From positions 1 to 64,000 of IMG/VR virus record IMGVR_UViG_3300045988_145033: a stretch of 64,000 nucleotides of DNA; one strand, 5' to 3'. The DNA is from a virus. Position numbers and translations under genes: made by a program. The notes beneath the pieces are model-generated. The model was not told the DNA's origin. It made no database searches and saw only the letters and a program-made list of their open reading frames with translations. This document shows, in pieces, positions 1 to 9,116 of the stretch. Position 1 is the first letter of the stretch; each line of letters starts with the position of its first letter.

Positions 1-238
1 TAGTTTTTACATTAGTTTCAACTCTAGGTTCAACTCTAGGTTCAACTCTAGGTTCTTCTACAACTTCTCTAGTTTCAACTATTTCAGTAGAACCTTCATC
101 GAAAGTTTCAGTTTTAACTTCTTCCACTTTCTTACCTAAAGCACCTGCTACTAAATCACCAACAGTTCCTGTTTCAGCGTTTCCGCTAGTAACTACCTTT
201 TCCTCGTCGTTTGTTTTGATTGTTCCGAATTTTGCCAT
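1..238 (-). CDS. hypothetical protein, N-terminal 79 codons (gene continues past window start); contains (EPRV)x3 repeat
   Basis: ATG at 238 preceded by TAAGGAGGAATTAAAA RBS; open frame to position 2; translation MAKFGTIKTNDEEKVV...EPRVEPRVEPRV. Confidence 0.5.
   Translation of the reverse strand, partial: MAKFGTIKTNDEEKVVTSGNAETGTVGDLVAGALGKKVEEVKTETFDEGSTEIVETREVVEEPRVEPRVEPRVETNVKT
17..52. repeat. perfect tandem repeat 3 x 12 nt (ttcaactctagg), in-frame inside partial CDS
   Basis: three exact adjacent copies read directly from sequence. Confidence 0.9.
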
Positions 239-245
239 TTTTAAT

Positions 246-295
246 TCCTCCTTAAAATTTTATTTTACCTCTCGGCTACTTATATAATATATAGA
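246..295 (-). promoter_or_regulatory. early-type promoter box (minus-strand TATATATTATATAAGTAG) + conserved leader GCCGAGAGGTAAAATAAAATTTTAAGGAGG (family A)
   Basis: near-identical element recurs at 10796-10848, 39236-39285 and in variant form at 12883-12897, 14895-14908, 35742-35756, 5370-5388. Confidence 0.5.
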
Positions 296-302
296 CAAAA
301 TA

Positions 303-1529
303 TTAAACACGTACAATTTTTAATATATCTTTATCGTATAACATTTCATCGTTATATTCTATTGGTACTATCTTTTCTATAGTTTCCATATCAATTTTTA
401 AATATGGAACGTATGTCGCCTCAGGAAGCAAAGCTTCTGAGCACATACGTAAACTATGCTGTTGTTCGATAATTTGTAAGTCTTTTAAAACCTTCATTTC
501 TGTTATAAGTATTATCTCATATACAGGCTCAAGTATTTCAAACTCACCTGACGATAAATATAAAACTCTTGGAAGTCTATACTCAAGCTCATCTATTTCC
601 TGCATATCTTTTATTATAGTTGCAGGAGATTCCTTTCTTTGAGATATAAGGTTATAACTTTCAGCTATAGATTTTAAGAAAGGTTCTATCATCTTTATAC
701 AAATCTTATGTAGAGTATCTTCTTCCTTTATATCTGTCAAAATATCTCTTATAGCCATAATACATTTTATTTGATTTACCTTATCTAAATCGACCATAGT
801 GAAATCTATACTATCGTAAGCAAGTTTAAGCATTTCCTCTTTCGACATAGCCATATCATACAAAGGGTTATAATCATCATCTTCTTCGTCCTCCTTAATA
901 TCTTCTGGTAATTCGTCTACTGCATTTATTGCATCCCCTATAAGATATATCATCTTTTTAAAATCGGGCTCTCTATCCTTTAAACAAGAGGAACATAGAT
1001 TTTCAATAATATATGAGTAGTTCTTATTTGTTATTATAGTTCTCATAAACATAGAGGAATACTCAACTGATGCGTTTTCTATTATCTCCATAAGTTTATC
1101 ACAAAATGTCATTATATTTGTAGAAGTTATAATATAAGGTACAGTTTCAAAACCTTGTGAACGCATATGCTGAATAGCTATATCGCAAAGCTCTACTATA
1201 TCATCTCTATATTCATCAGCTGTTTCTACATTCATATTATGAACTATAGCCTCTACTGTTTCCATAAGTCCAGAGTATACTTTAAACTCGTCCTTTAGCT
1301 CCATTATAATATACTCTCTTTTAATTTGAGGAGCGTCCTTAAATGTGGCTGGATACTTCTTAGCTAAATTATAAAGTATTACTGCGTTATCTTCCCAAGT
1401 ATAAATATCTGATGCTCTAAAGTTTTCATACATCTCATCAACTATAGCTGGTGATTTAGTTACAAGATATGTATTTGATAGCTGTTCGTATCTTGCAACC
1501 TCACTATTTCCTAGAAATCCTTTTTCCAT
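303..1529 (-). CDS. hypothetical protein (408 aa)
   Basis: long ORF in minus-strand gene array; no recognisable motif. Confidence 0.7.
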   Translation of the reverse strand: MEKGFLGNSEVARYEQLSNTYLVTKSPAIVDEMYENFRASDIYTWEDNAVILYNLAKKYPATFKDAPQIKREYIIMELKDEFKVYSGLMETVEAIVHNMNVETADEYRDDIVELCDIAIQHMRSQGFETVPYIITSTNIMTFCDKLMEIIENASVEYSSMFMRTIITNKNYSYIIENLCSSCLKDREPDFKKMIYLIGDAINAVDELPEDIKEDEEDDDYNPLYDMAMSKEEMLKLAYDSIDFTMVDLDKVNQIKCIMAIRDILTDIKEEDTLHKICIKMIEPFLKSIAESYNLISQRKESPATIIKDMQEIDELEYRLPRVLYLSSGEFEILEPVYEIILITEMKVLKDLQIIEQQHSLRMCSEALLPEATYVPYLKIDMETIEKIVPIEYNDEMLYDKDILKIVRV

Positions 1530-2001
1530 TATCCTTTCCTACCTCCATAACATATTTCTCAATAAGTGGAATACTATCATATAATCCTTTATCACTATAA
1601 AGTATCGAAAGACGAATAGGTATCTTATCGCCATTTGATAATTTAAGAATATAATACTCGTCCATTCTATATAGCATTCCATAAGTTTCATTTTCTTCTC
1701 TCTTTTTAAATTCAACCTCTATTATCTTATTTCCTACAAGTTTTTTCATCTCTTTTATTATATCTTTATATCCATAAGCATCACTCGTTCCCGTGCATGA
1801 TAGTATTATATAATCTGTACACTCTCTTGGTTTTATAAGTGATACCTTTCCTTTTTTATGATATATAACGAAGTTTGTCGTAGACGTATCAATAAGCTTC
1901 TCTTTCATATCTTCAGTATTGTAACCAAATATTCTTCTACCCTTTATAGGCTTATAAATCTTTACAGCTTCTATTGTACGTCCTATAAGTTTTGTAAGCA
2001 T
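1504..2001 (-). CDS. hypothetical protein (165 aa)
   Basis: ORF, 26-nt overlap with downstream gene typical of phage operons. Confidence 0.65.
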   Translation of the reverse strand: MLTKLIGRTIEAVKIYKPIKGRRIFGYNTEDMKEKLIDTSTTNFVIYHKKGKVSLIKPRECTDYIILSCTGTSDAYGYKDIIKEMKKLVGNKIIEVEFKKREENETYGMLYRMDEYYILKLSNGDKIPIRLSILYSDKGLYDSIPLIEKYVMEVGKDNGKRISRK

Positions 2002-2011
2002 ATTGTCCTCC

Positions 2012-2413
2012 CTAAATATTTCTTAGATTATTAAAAGCGTATATCATAGCACCTATTGATTTAGATGTAGGTAAGTTTATTATTTTCTCAGGTTTAAATT
2101 CATAACTTCTTTTACAACCATTTGCAATACATAGTATAAACCATAAATCTACAGATTTATATAAATCAAATGATAATGTCTTAGGAGATGAAGTGTACTT
2201 ATTAATCTCCGTTTCAGAAAGCTCTACCTGCATAGTTTCTAAATACTGTGGTAGTACATCTGTAATTAGACTATTCTCGACATTTTTAAGTCTAAATGTA
2301 TCTATTCTTATATTGTCATTCTGAGACTCTATATAATCACTAAGTGATATAAAACGGGTATTCTTATTAAGCATTATTGTCTCCTTCCACGTATACACAA
2401 AGCTCATTATCAA
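2012..2413 (-). CDS. hypothetical protein (133 aa)
   Basis: ORF in same operon. Confidence 0.6.
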   Translation of the reverse strand: MIMSFVYTWKETIMLNKNTRFISLSDYIESQNDNIRIDTFRLKNVENSLITDVLPQYLETMQVELSETEINKYTSSPKTLSFDLYKSVDLWFILCIANGCKRSYEFKPEKIINLPTSKSIGAMIYAFNNLRNI

Positions 2414-2726
2414 GATTAGAAGTTAGTAGCGTTACTACAACTTCATTATTGAAATTCATGTATATACATTTATAATCGTATCTTATCTTTTCTGATACTG
2501 TAAGTTTAGTTATAACCTTTCTTCTAAGTTTTCGCACAAACTCATCTAAGCCACCATCTATACTTGACGGATACTTAGTTTTAAAGTGAACTACCATATT
2601 ATCATCAAGCTCTAGTGAGAATAAGTCATCGTCGTGTAATCTTCTCTTATTATATTTATTAGGTGATTTATGTATCTTATATATCTTGTACATAGTAATA
2701 CAAGACAAGTCTTCTATCTTAATCAT
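2367..2726 (-). CDS. hypothetical protein (119 aa)
   Basis: ORF in same operon. Confidence 0.55.
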   Translation of the reverse strand: MIKIEDLSCITMYKIYKIHKSPNKYNKRRLHDDDLFSLELDDNMVVHFKTKYPSSIDGGLDEFVRKLRRKVITKLTVSEKIRYDYKCIYMNFNNEVVVTLLTSNLDNELCVYVEGDNNA

Positions 2727-3225
2727 ATACTACCTCACCCCCAATAGGGACTTTATGAGGTATATGCCAAATAACTAGATTTCTTGTATCTCCGTCTAAG
2801 AATATTCCCAAAAGTAAATCCCCAACATTTACAGCTACATCATTTAGATTATAGTAATGTACTTTACGAAGATTAGATTGTCCTATGTGTTTATGAAAGT
2901 GTCCTCCTGATTTTATTATAGGTCCGGGTGGAATAGATGAATACATTTCTTCAATCCACCAATCTTCTGCCGCTTCTGCATCTATATCTCCGTCGTGATA
3001 TATTCTATAATCTGTACCATTTTTAGCCTTTATTTCCATTACGGCTACACCGTCTTTTGTATCGGTGTCTAGTCCCAAAACTGGAACTTTTACATAAAAA
3101 TAGGGGTCTGTGATTTTACCAGCTTTAGTGGCAAAACACGATACCCCTCCTAAAGGTATATTAGTATCCATTTTGTAAATCCCCTGCCTTCTATTAATAT
3201 TTCCTAGTAAAATGTTCCAAAACAC
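2719..3225 (-). CDS. hypothetical protein with H-x-G-D ... G-G-H-F-H-K-H motifs (possible M23/LytM-like or other HxH metalloenzyme)
   Basis: YHDGDID and SGGHFHKH resemble the HxGxD / HxH zinc motifs of M23 peptidases, spacing imperfect. Confidence 0.3.
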   Translation of the reverse strand: MFWNILLGNINRRQGIYKMDTNIPLGGVSCFATKAGKITDPYFYVKVPVLGLDTDTKDGVAVMEIKAKNGTDYRIYHDGDIDAEAAEDWWIEEMYSSIPPGPIIKSGGHFHKHIGQSNLRKVHYYNLNDVAVNVGDLLLGIFLDGDTRNLVIWHIPHKVPIGGEVVYD

Positions 3226-3239
3226 GTCAAAACTTGTGT

Positions 3240-3251
3240 AACAGCCTCATA
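3240..3251 (+). promoter_or_regulatory. AACA-N6-TA late-type promoter motif 23 nt upstream of gene start
   Basis: AACAgcctcaTA; same motif class upstream of six other operon-initial genes. Confidence 0.35.
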
Positions 3252-3273
3252 AATTAATACTATTATGAGGTGA

Positions 3274-4410
3274 TTGAAATTGGATAAAATTACGATAGAT
3301 TTAAAAAAGAAAAGAGTACACTCTATAGGAATATCTCAAGCTGTAAATGTTAGAAAACTTATAGAAGATTATATAAATGAAAACTTTCAAGGACAAGTAA
3401 ATGTATGTAAAATGTATGTAGGATACGATAATGAATATTTTAAAACTTTAGGATTTGATATTAGATTTACAGATGTATTTAAAGGAGAGCTTATATCTCC
3501 AATAAATCTTCGTTATATGCTAAAGGGTGAGATACCAAGCTGTGATATATTATTTGTACTTATAGATACGGTAGTTGATAGAGACTTAACTGATGATATA
3601 CTTGCAAATATTCCTCTAACTACTCATCTTGTATATCTGTATGATAACTTACTTACAGATTTCTCAGATGGTGAGTTTTATAAAAGATTTATTAAATGTG
3701 ACTCGGATATACAGACTTATACAAGAAGAACTGATGTAGTTCCAGCTATTAATATGATACTTAATAAATTAAAGAAATATCAAGTTAAATATCTTGTAGA
3801 CCCTATATTTATGTCACAAGATTTTATAGTAACTCACGAAGCTATAAAAGATGAAGAGATACTTGATTATGATAAAATAATACTTATAAATGGAGAAAAT
3901 ATAGGAGAGTATAATATAAGAATAAGAGAAGCCTTGTCTCGTCCTTTCTCTCCAGTTACAAGAGATAAGATGATATGCTATACTCCAGTAGTTGCTAAAG
4001 TTCTACACCCTGATTATAGTATAACTACTTATGATGTACCGATATATTCGGATTTAGTAATAGTAGATAAAGTACAAGATTCTGATATGTTTAACGCTCC
4101 TATCTATAGAGTAAAACACACACTACCTTCAGGAGAAGATATAGAATTTGAAATTCCTATAAATCTTAACTTTATAGATTTACTAAATGAAGGTGCAGTT
4201 TCAAAAGATGTAGAGTTCACACCAGATACAGGATATAAGTTATATTTCTCATATGCTATTCCATTATATGCTGCTCAGAAAAGATACAATAAAACGCTTC
4301 TTATAGCTGGAGATGATTCTATCATAAATAAGTCAGTTATATATACAGCTATAAGATATGCAAGAAATACGTTTAAGTTAATACACGGTAATAATGTATT
4401 CTTGGAATAA
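3274..4410 (+). CDS. hypothetical protein (378 aa); TTG start (3274 or 3280) after GAGGTGA RBS
   Basis: long ORF; only non-ATG start available downstream of RBS. Confidence 0.65.
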   Translation: MKLDKITIDLKKKRVHSIGISQAVNVRKLIEDYINENFQGQVNVCKMYVGYDNEYFKTLGFDIRFTDVFKGELISPINLRYMLKGEIPSCDILFVLIDTVVDRDLTDDILANIPLTTHLVYLYDNLLTDFSDGEFYKRFIKCDSDIQTYTRRTDVVPAINMILNKLKKYQVKYLVDPIFMSQDFIVTHEAIKDEEILDYDKIILINGENIGEYNIRIREALSRPFSPVTRDKMICYTPVVAKVLHPDYSITTYDVPIYSDLVIVDKVQDSDMFNAPIYRVKHTLPSGEDIEFEIPINLNFIDLLNEGAVSKDVEFTPDTGYKLYFSYAIPLYAAQKRYNKTLLIAGDDSIINKSVIYTAIRYARNTFKLIHGNNVFLE

Positions 4411-4417
4411 AAAAATA

Positions 4418-4508
4418 GAAACAAGTAGAATAGAATAATCTATTAGTATTAGGAATTATAATATGTCAGAGAATGGGAACTCCCGAGTATAATTCTATTC
4501 TACTTGTC
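4418..4508. repeat. long inverted repeat (about 18-bp arms gaaacaagtagaatagaat / attctattctacttgtct) enclosing a 50-nt loop with internal gggaactccc hairpin
   Basis: arms are exact reverse complements; lies between convergent genes. Confidence 0.6.
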
Positions 4509-4534
4509 TAATATTATTGTATTTAATTGAAAAA

Positions 4535-4563
4535 GATAATGGTGGCGTAATGCCACCATTAAT
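4535..4563. terminator. bidirectional intrinsic terminator hairpin aatggtggcGTAAtgccaccatt between convergent genes
   Basis: 9-bp GC-containing stem flanked by A/T runs on both sides; near-identical copy at 46484-46510. Confidence 0.7.
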
Positions 4564-4565
4564 AT

Positions 4566-5333
4566 TTAATCTTTCTTATCGAAGTTCCCTCTTTTATTAA
4601 ATTTACCATATTTAGATAAAGACTTATCTACAAAACCTTTAGAACCTTCTTTCTTTTCAAATGGTTTCTTGAAAGGTTTTTTAACTTCATTTTCATATTG
4701 TACATTATCTCTTTTAGAGATTTTATGTCTTACACCTTTCTTATCAATAGTTGCGTAATCAAAAGTAATACCTGTGAATTTAGTATTAGCTTTAAATTCT
4801 TTACCGTCTATCTTTTCAGGTTTCATAAGTTCTTTATATACTTCTTTCTTTAGTTCTTCATCTTTCACAAGTTCTATTTCTTCCCAGTGTTTGAAATACT
4901 TTAAATTCTTCATATCTTTACCTAATCCGTATACAAGATTAGATAACCCTACAAATCTTTTAAATCCTACTACTATATTATTATAGCAAGGAATAGCAAG
5001 TTTACCGTCTTTATACAAGTATATTGGTAAATAAACTTCAGGCACTTCAGTTTCACTATCTTTAACTCTACCTTTTACTTTAAGTAAGTTCCACCCGTTT
5101 ACTATATCTCCAGCAAGTGTTTTAAATACATATTTAGCTATAGATTTAGCATTTCTTAGTCTATCAGCATATTCGTCTAAAGTTAAGAATTTCCAGTTAT
5201 TAGAATCTTTATATTCTCTTTCTATATCAGACATTCTAAAGAAGTATGCTAAATTACCAAGTATAGCTCTTTCATCTTTCTCCTTTTTTGTAAACTCTCT
5301 TTTTTCATAAGTTTTAAATTCTTTCTTTTCCAT
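4566..5333 (-). CDS. lysine-rich basic protein (about 255 aa; probable start at 5333 MEKKEFK after AAAGGAGA RBS)
   Basis: ORF 4566..5369; internal ATG at 5333 has the proper RBS. Confidence 0.65.
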   Translation of the reverse strand: MEKKEFKTYEKREFTKKEKDERAILGNLAYFFRMSDIEREYKDSNNWKFLTLDEYADRLRNAKSIAKYVFKTLAGDIVNGWNLLKVKGRVKDSETEVPEVYLPIYLYKDGKLAIPCYNNIVVGFKRFVGLSNLVYGLGKDMKNLKYFKHWEEIELVKDEELKKEVYKELMKPEKIDGKEFKANTKFTGITFDYATIDKKGVRHKISKRDNVQYENEVKKPFKKPFEKKEGSKGFVDKSLSKYGKFNKRGNFDKKD

Positions 5334-5388
5334 TTTTAATCTCCTTTTATTTAAGTATTTGGACTCCATAATCCTATATATAAGTTAT

Positions 5389-5424
5389 GTAAAAATAAAT
5401 AAATATGCAGGGTTTCCCCTGCAT
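5389..5424 (-). terminator. intrinsic terminator (atgcagggTTTCccctgcat + T-run on minus strand) after structural gene pair, followed by early-type box at 5370-5388
   Basis: hairpin plus TTTATTTATTTTT on transcribed strand. Confidence 0.65.
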
Positions 5425-5429
5425 AAGTA

Positions 5430-6254
5430 TTATATAGCTGGTTGATTTGCTGGTATTTCAAGTTTATTCTTTTCGTGATAAGCATGTCCAGTAAGTCTTT
5501 GAGCATGTCCTCTTTGACCGTTTAACTTATCAAGATAAGCTTGAGCAGCGTTAAATACGTTTTTGTCTAAGTCTATTGGCATACCTGTGAATTGCAAAGG
5601 AATTTCAGCGTGTTGATATTCCCCTTTAGTAGTGTCAAAGATAGACATTTGTGAGTTCTTAGGTAGCATATTAGTTATATATGCTGAATACACAACGTAT
5701 CTTTCAGTAGGGTCCATTGTAAAGTACATTCCTTCCATACTCATATTAGCCGCTGTAGGAGCTCCTTGGAAGCCATACATATTTGTAACACCGTCACGAA
5801 TAGACAAGCACCCTTCTAGCCAGTGAGCCATATAGAATGTATAGAACGCACCGTCAAGTTCTGCAACCATATTGATTGTGAACTCTCTTGTTAGTCCTGA
5901 TGTTTTTGATATGTAGTCTTGTTGTTGTCCTTCAATACCCGGGTCTTTAGTTCCTATTTCAGCAGTTCTATCTTGAGCGAAGTCAAGTTTATTTGCTCCA
6001 ACCATTATCATTTGCTTAAAGAATTTAGTTTCTTTAGGAAATGCAAATTCCATAAATGCACACATTTTAGTAGGAATAAATATACCACGTCCAGTAGTAT
6101 AGTGATGAAGAGCGTTTAGTGTTCTTCTTGATATAATACCGGGTTTAAGATAATGGAAATCATCTTGTGATATTGTATTCATATGATGTGGTTTTAGGTT
6201 ATTACCGTCAGCTGTAGACGCTGTTATTTTATTTCCAAAATAATCAAAAGCCAT
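5430..6254 (-). CDS. putative virion structural protein (274 aa; tail tube-like by position)
   Basis: immediately downstream of 676-aa gene in same transcription unit; no motif recognised. Confidence 0.35.
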   Translation of the reverse strand: MAFDYFGNKITASTADGNNLKPHHMNTISQDDFHYLKPGIISRRTLNALHHYTTGRGIFIPTKMCAFMEFAFPKETKFFKQMIMVGANKLDFAQDRTAEIGTKDPGIEGQQQDYISKTSGLTREFTINMVAELDGAFYTFYMAHWLEGCLSIRDGVTNMYGFQGAPTAANMSMEGMYFTMDPTERYVVYSAYITNMLPKNSQMSIFDTTKGEYQHAEIPLQFTGMPIDLDKNVFNAAQAYLDKLNGQRGHAQRLTGHAYHEKNKLEIPANQPAI

Positions 6255-6271
6255 TAGTTATCACTCCTTTC

Positions 6272-8302
6272 TTATGCTGATTCCCCAACGTAGTATCTAT
6301 AAACGTTAAGGTCAATGTGGTGAGATTTATTTGAACCGAATAGAGTTAAATCTATACCGTGTGATAATATTCCTTCAACTTGGTCAAATTTATCTTTATA
6401 GTAAGCAGTATATGCTACATTTCCACATTTACTTCTGAATTCTTCTAAGTCCTTATTTACAACTTCTTGAATCTTTGCAACATTTGCATCAGTTTGTAAG
6501 AAGTGTTTATTTCTATTTAATGTATCTGTAATCTTCTTCATAATTCTTCCTATTAAGAAAGCATTGTGATATTCTTGTAGAACTGATACTTTATAAGGGT
6601 TAGTAGAAGCCATCTTTTGTCCGTCTAAGAAATATCCCATTTTAGATGAAGTTACATAGTTCCATCCATTCATAACAAGATAAGTCTTATCTTCGATATC
6701 AGTTAAGATATTGATAACTGGGGTTATAGTTCCAGCTATAGGACCACCTACTATTCTATTTGCAAGAATAGGGTCTGACCAACCGTCGTTTACGAACTCT
6801 ACTTGAGCATTAATCATTAAATATGTCATAGGCACAGTTAATGTCTTTTGTTCATCGGTATCGTAGTAATCACACCAGTTTACTTCTTTTAAGCACATAT
6901 AGTTATTTAGTTTAAATCCTTCATCGAAAGACTTAAGTTCAGCTATAGATGCAATTTTACTTGGACAAATAGTAGCTATAACGTCTCTTCTTTTTGGAAT
7001 AGATGTATAGTTTCCTATCATTTCTTTAACTGGAACTGGATATCCGATATCATATATAACGTCTACTGGAGTTTCGTTAAAGTCAAGTATAGTAGGGTCT
7101 ATCTTTCCTTCATAGAAGTTTTTACACAATTCTTCGTATATCTTTATTTGTCCTAAAGTAGGGTGAGTAACTTTTAAGTTCCAATCGAATTTACCTTTTA
7201 AGATTTCTCCGTTTGTACCTTTATCAAGTCTTACTCTATCAAGATATGTCGCTTTATCTTCAACTAATGAAGAGAAGAAACTAAATCTTGTATTATCTCC
7301 AAATAAAGTACATAAAGCTGTAACTGGTACATCATCTTCTTCTAAAGCTTGCTTAACAACTTTAACTTTTTCAAGCTCACCTTTCATAGCAGTTTCTGCT
7401 ATATTGTGAGAAGATAGCGTTCCTATACAAGTTTCTAAATCTTCTTCAAGTTTTCCTAATGCTCCTACAACTAACTCTTGTAATTTCAAGTGGTTAGCTT
7501 CAGACGAGTGTGCATTTAATTGATAAGATTGTCCCTTTAATACTTGCTTAATATTTAAAGGTACAGTGTCATATCTTGAATCTTCAACAGCATTTATCTT
7601 ATATCTTTCTCTTTGAGTTTCAGATATAGTTACATCCATTTGATAAATATTGTCTTCATTATTAGATACAGTTCTCATCTTTTGGAAGATTACCTCAGTT
7701 TTATTTCCTAGTATTCCAGCACCAGTTCTCATAAGAACATAAACTGGAACTTTGTTAGCGTTACCTACATTAGAAGGAGCTAAAAGTTCAGCATCTTCTT
7801 TTCTTTTTAAGTTTTCGTGATTTTCAGCCACATATGATACTGTAGGTGTCTTAGTTAAAGTAAGTTCAACGTAGTCGACATTTACAACACCTGTAGCTGG
7901 TTGTGTATCTTGCCAAGCAGAAGTCTTTAATACAAAGTATTTCTTTTTAGGACTTGCTGTATCAGCAGGAGTTACAACGGCATTTAGTGATACGTTAGCA
8001 TTCTTAGATTTTTCATCTGTAAGTCTTCTAACATATGACCAACCACCAGCTCTTAAGTTCTTTATTATAGCTTTTCCCATAAGCCCATGTCTTTTGTAAG
8101 TTTGCTTACCAAATAACTCAGTAAACGAAGCTTCCATAGTACATACCATAGTTCTATCGTCAGGTCCCATATCTGCAAATACTCCAGATAATTGTCTACA
8201 AGTATTGTCAAGAGGAAGTGATGGTAGAGTAACTTCACTATAATCGTGAATTTCTAGGTAAGTATGTGGGAACATTTGCTTTGAATAGTAAAATATTGCC
8301 AT
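6272..8302 (-). CDS. putative major virion structural protein (676 aa; sheath- or capsid-sized)
   Basis: large ORF with strong RBS (ATAGGAGGTATAAATAT-ATG), AACA-N6-TA motif 45 nt upstream; function by size/context only. Confidence 0.4.
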   Translation of the reverse strand: MAIFYYSKQMFPHTYLEIHDYSEVTLPSLPLDNTCRQLSGVFADMGPDDRTMVCTMEASFTELFGKQTYKRHGLMGKAIIKNLRAGGWSYVRRLTDEKSKNANVSLNAVVTPADTASPKKKYFVLKTSAWQDTQPATGVVNVDYVELTLTKTPTVSYVAENHENLKRKEDAELLAPSNVGNANKVPVYVLMRTGAGILGNKTEVIFQKMRTVSNNEDNIYQMDVTISETQRERYKINAVEDSRYDTVPLNIKQVLKGQSYQLNAHSSEANHLKLQELVVGALGKLEEDLETCIGTLSSHNIAETAMKGELEKVKVVKQALEEDDVPVTALCTLFGDNTRFSFFSSLVEDKATYLDRVRLDKGTNGEILKGKFDWNLKVTHPTLGQIKIYEELCKNFYEGKIDPTILDFNETPVDVIYDIGYPVPVKEMIGNYTSIPKRRDVIATICPSKIASIAELKSFDEGFKLNNYMCLKEVNWCDYYDTDEQKTLTVPMTYLMINAQVEFVNDGWSDPILANRIVGGPIAGTITPVINILTDIEDKTYLVMNGWNYVTSSKMGYFLDGQKMASTNPYKVSVLQEYHNAFLIGRIMKKITDTLNRNKHFLQTDANVAKIQEVVNKDLEEFRSKCGNVAYTAYYKDKFDQVEGILSHGIDLTLFGSNKSHHIDLNVYRYYVGESA

Positions 8303-8347
8303 ATATTTATACCTCCTATTTTTAATTAATTAATTATCATTTTTCTC

Positions 8348-8361
8348 TAAACAGCTGTTTT
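8348..8361. promoter_or_regulatory. palindromic AAACAGCTGTTT giving AACA-N6-T(A/T) on both strands in divergent intergenic region
   Basis: reads AACAgctgttTA toward 8302 gene and AACAgctgttTT toward 8598 gene. Confidence 0.35.
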
Positions 8362-8438
8362 ATTTGGGTTTTCGATGTAAATAACATATTCTTGGAATAC
8401 TGATTGTCAATAACCTTTTATAGAGGTTTTCATATAAA

Positions 8439-8473
8439 GGGATATGAGTTCTACTTCTTTCATCTCATATCCC
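8439..8473. promoter_or_regulatory. perfect 10-bp inverted repeat gggatatgag / ctcatatccc with 15-nt spacer (hairpin or operator) in divergent control region
   Basis: exact reverse complement arms in an otherwise AT-rich 295-bp intergenic region. Confidence 0.45.
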
Positions 8474-8559
8474 GCTAATTGACAAAATAATTTTTTGCTT
8501 TTTCCTTAAAAGAATTTTTACCTACCCAAAGAGAGTGAGTGCCCGAAAGGGTGCTCACA

Positions 8560-8571
8560 AACATTTTTGTG
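8560..8571 (+). promoter_or_regulatory. AACA-N6-TG late-type promoter motif (AACAtttttgTG) 27 nt upstream of start
   Basis: shares extended similarity AACAnTTTTTGnTA with sites at 39745, 43962, 45274. Confidence 0.4.
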
Positions 8572-8597
8572 TATTAATTACAAAGGAGGTTTTTAAT

Positions 8598-9101
8598 ATG
8601 GCAGAAGAAGTAAAGTTTCAAATGAATGGTGCGTCTGATACATTCAAGAAAAGAATTAAAGGATTACACCCTAAATTACAATTATGGCTTGGGTATATGC
8701 TTGCTACTTGTCCTGTAGATATATTTGTATCTGAAGGAGTAAGAACTCTTGCAAGACAACAAGAAATATTTGCACAAGGAAGAACTAAACCCGGAATAGT
8801 AGTTTCTTGGACAGATGGTGTAAAAAATAAATCTATGCACCAAATTCAAAGAGATGGGTACGGACATGCTGTTGATATATACTACGTTGGTTGGAAGAAC
8901 ACAGATTCACCAGCTGACCCTAGATGGCAAACTATATATGAACACGCAAAACTTTGTGCTAAAATGTTAGGAATTAACTTGGTACACGGAAGAGACTGGA
9001 AAAGAGTTGACTCTCCTCATCATCAACTTGAGGAATTCGACCCAGTTGAAGTTGCTGAATTTCAAAATATGCAAGCAAAAGGTATTGTACAAAGAGGATA
9101 G
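8598..9101 (+). CDS. peptidase M15-family zinc peptidoglycan hydrolase (L-alanyl-D-glutamate peptidase/VanY-like), probable endolysin
   Basis: SEGVRTLARQQEIF, GYGHAVDIY and DSPHH zinc-ligand motifs; start at 8598 behind AAAGGAGG RBS (ORF track start 8535 lacks RBS). Confidence 0.7.
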   Translation: MAEEVKFQMNGASDTFKKRIKGLHPKLQLWLGYMLATCPVDIFVSEGVRTLARQQEIFAQGRTKPGIVVSWTDGVKNKSMHQIQRDGYGHAVDIYYVGWKNTDSPADPRWQTIYEHAKLCAKMLGINLVHGRDWKRVDSPHHQLEEFDPVEVAEFQNMQAKGIVQRG

Positions 9102-9116
9102 TGAATGTATGGAGCA

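Noticed and set aside
6272-8302. Confident call of the 676-aa protein as tail sheath versus major capsid protein
   Set aside because: No family-specific motif recognisable without profile search; kept as a generic structural protein.
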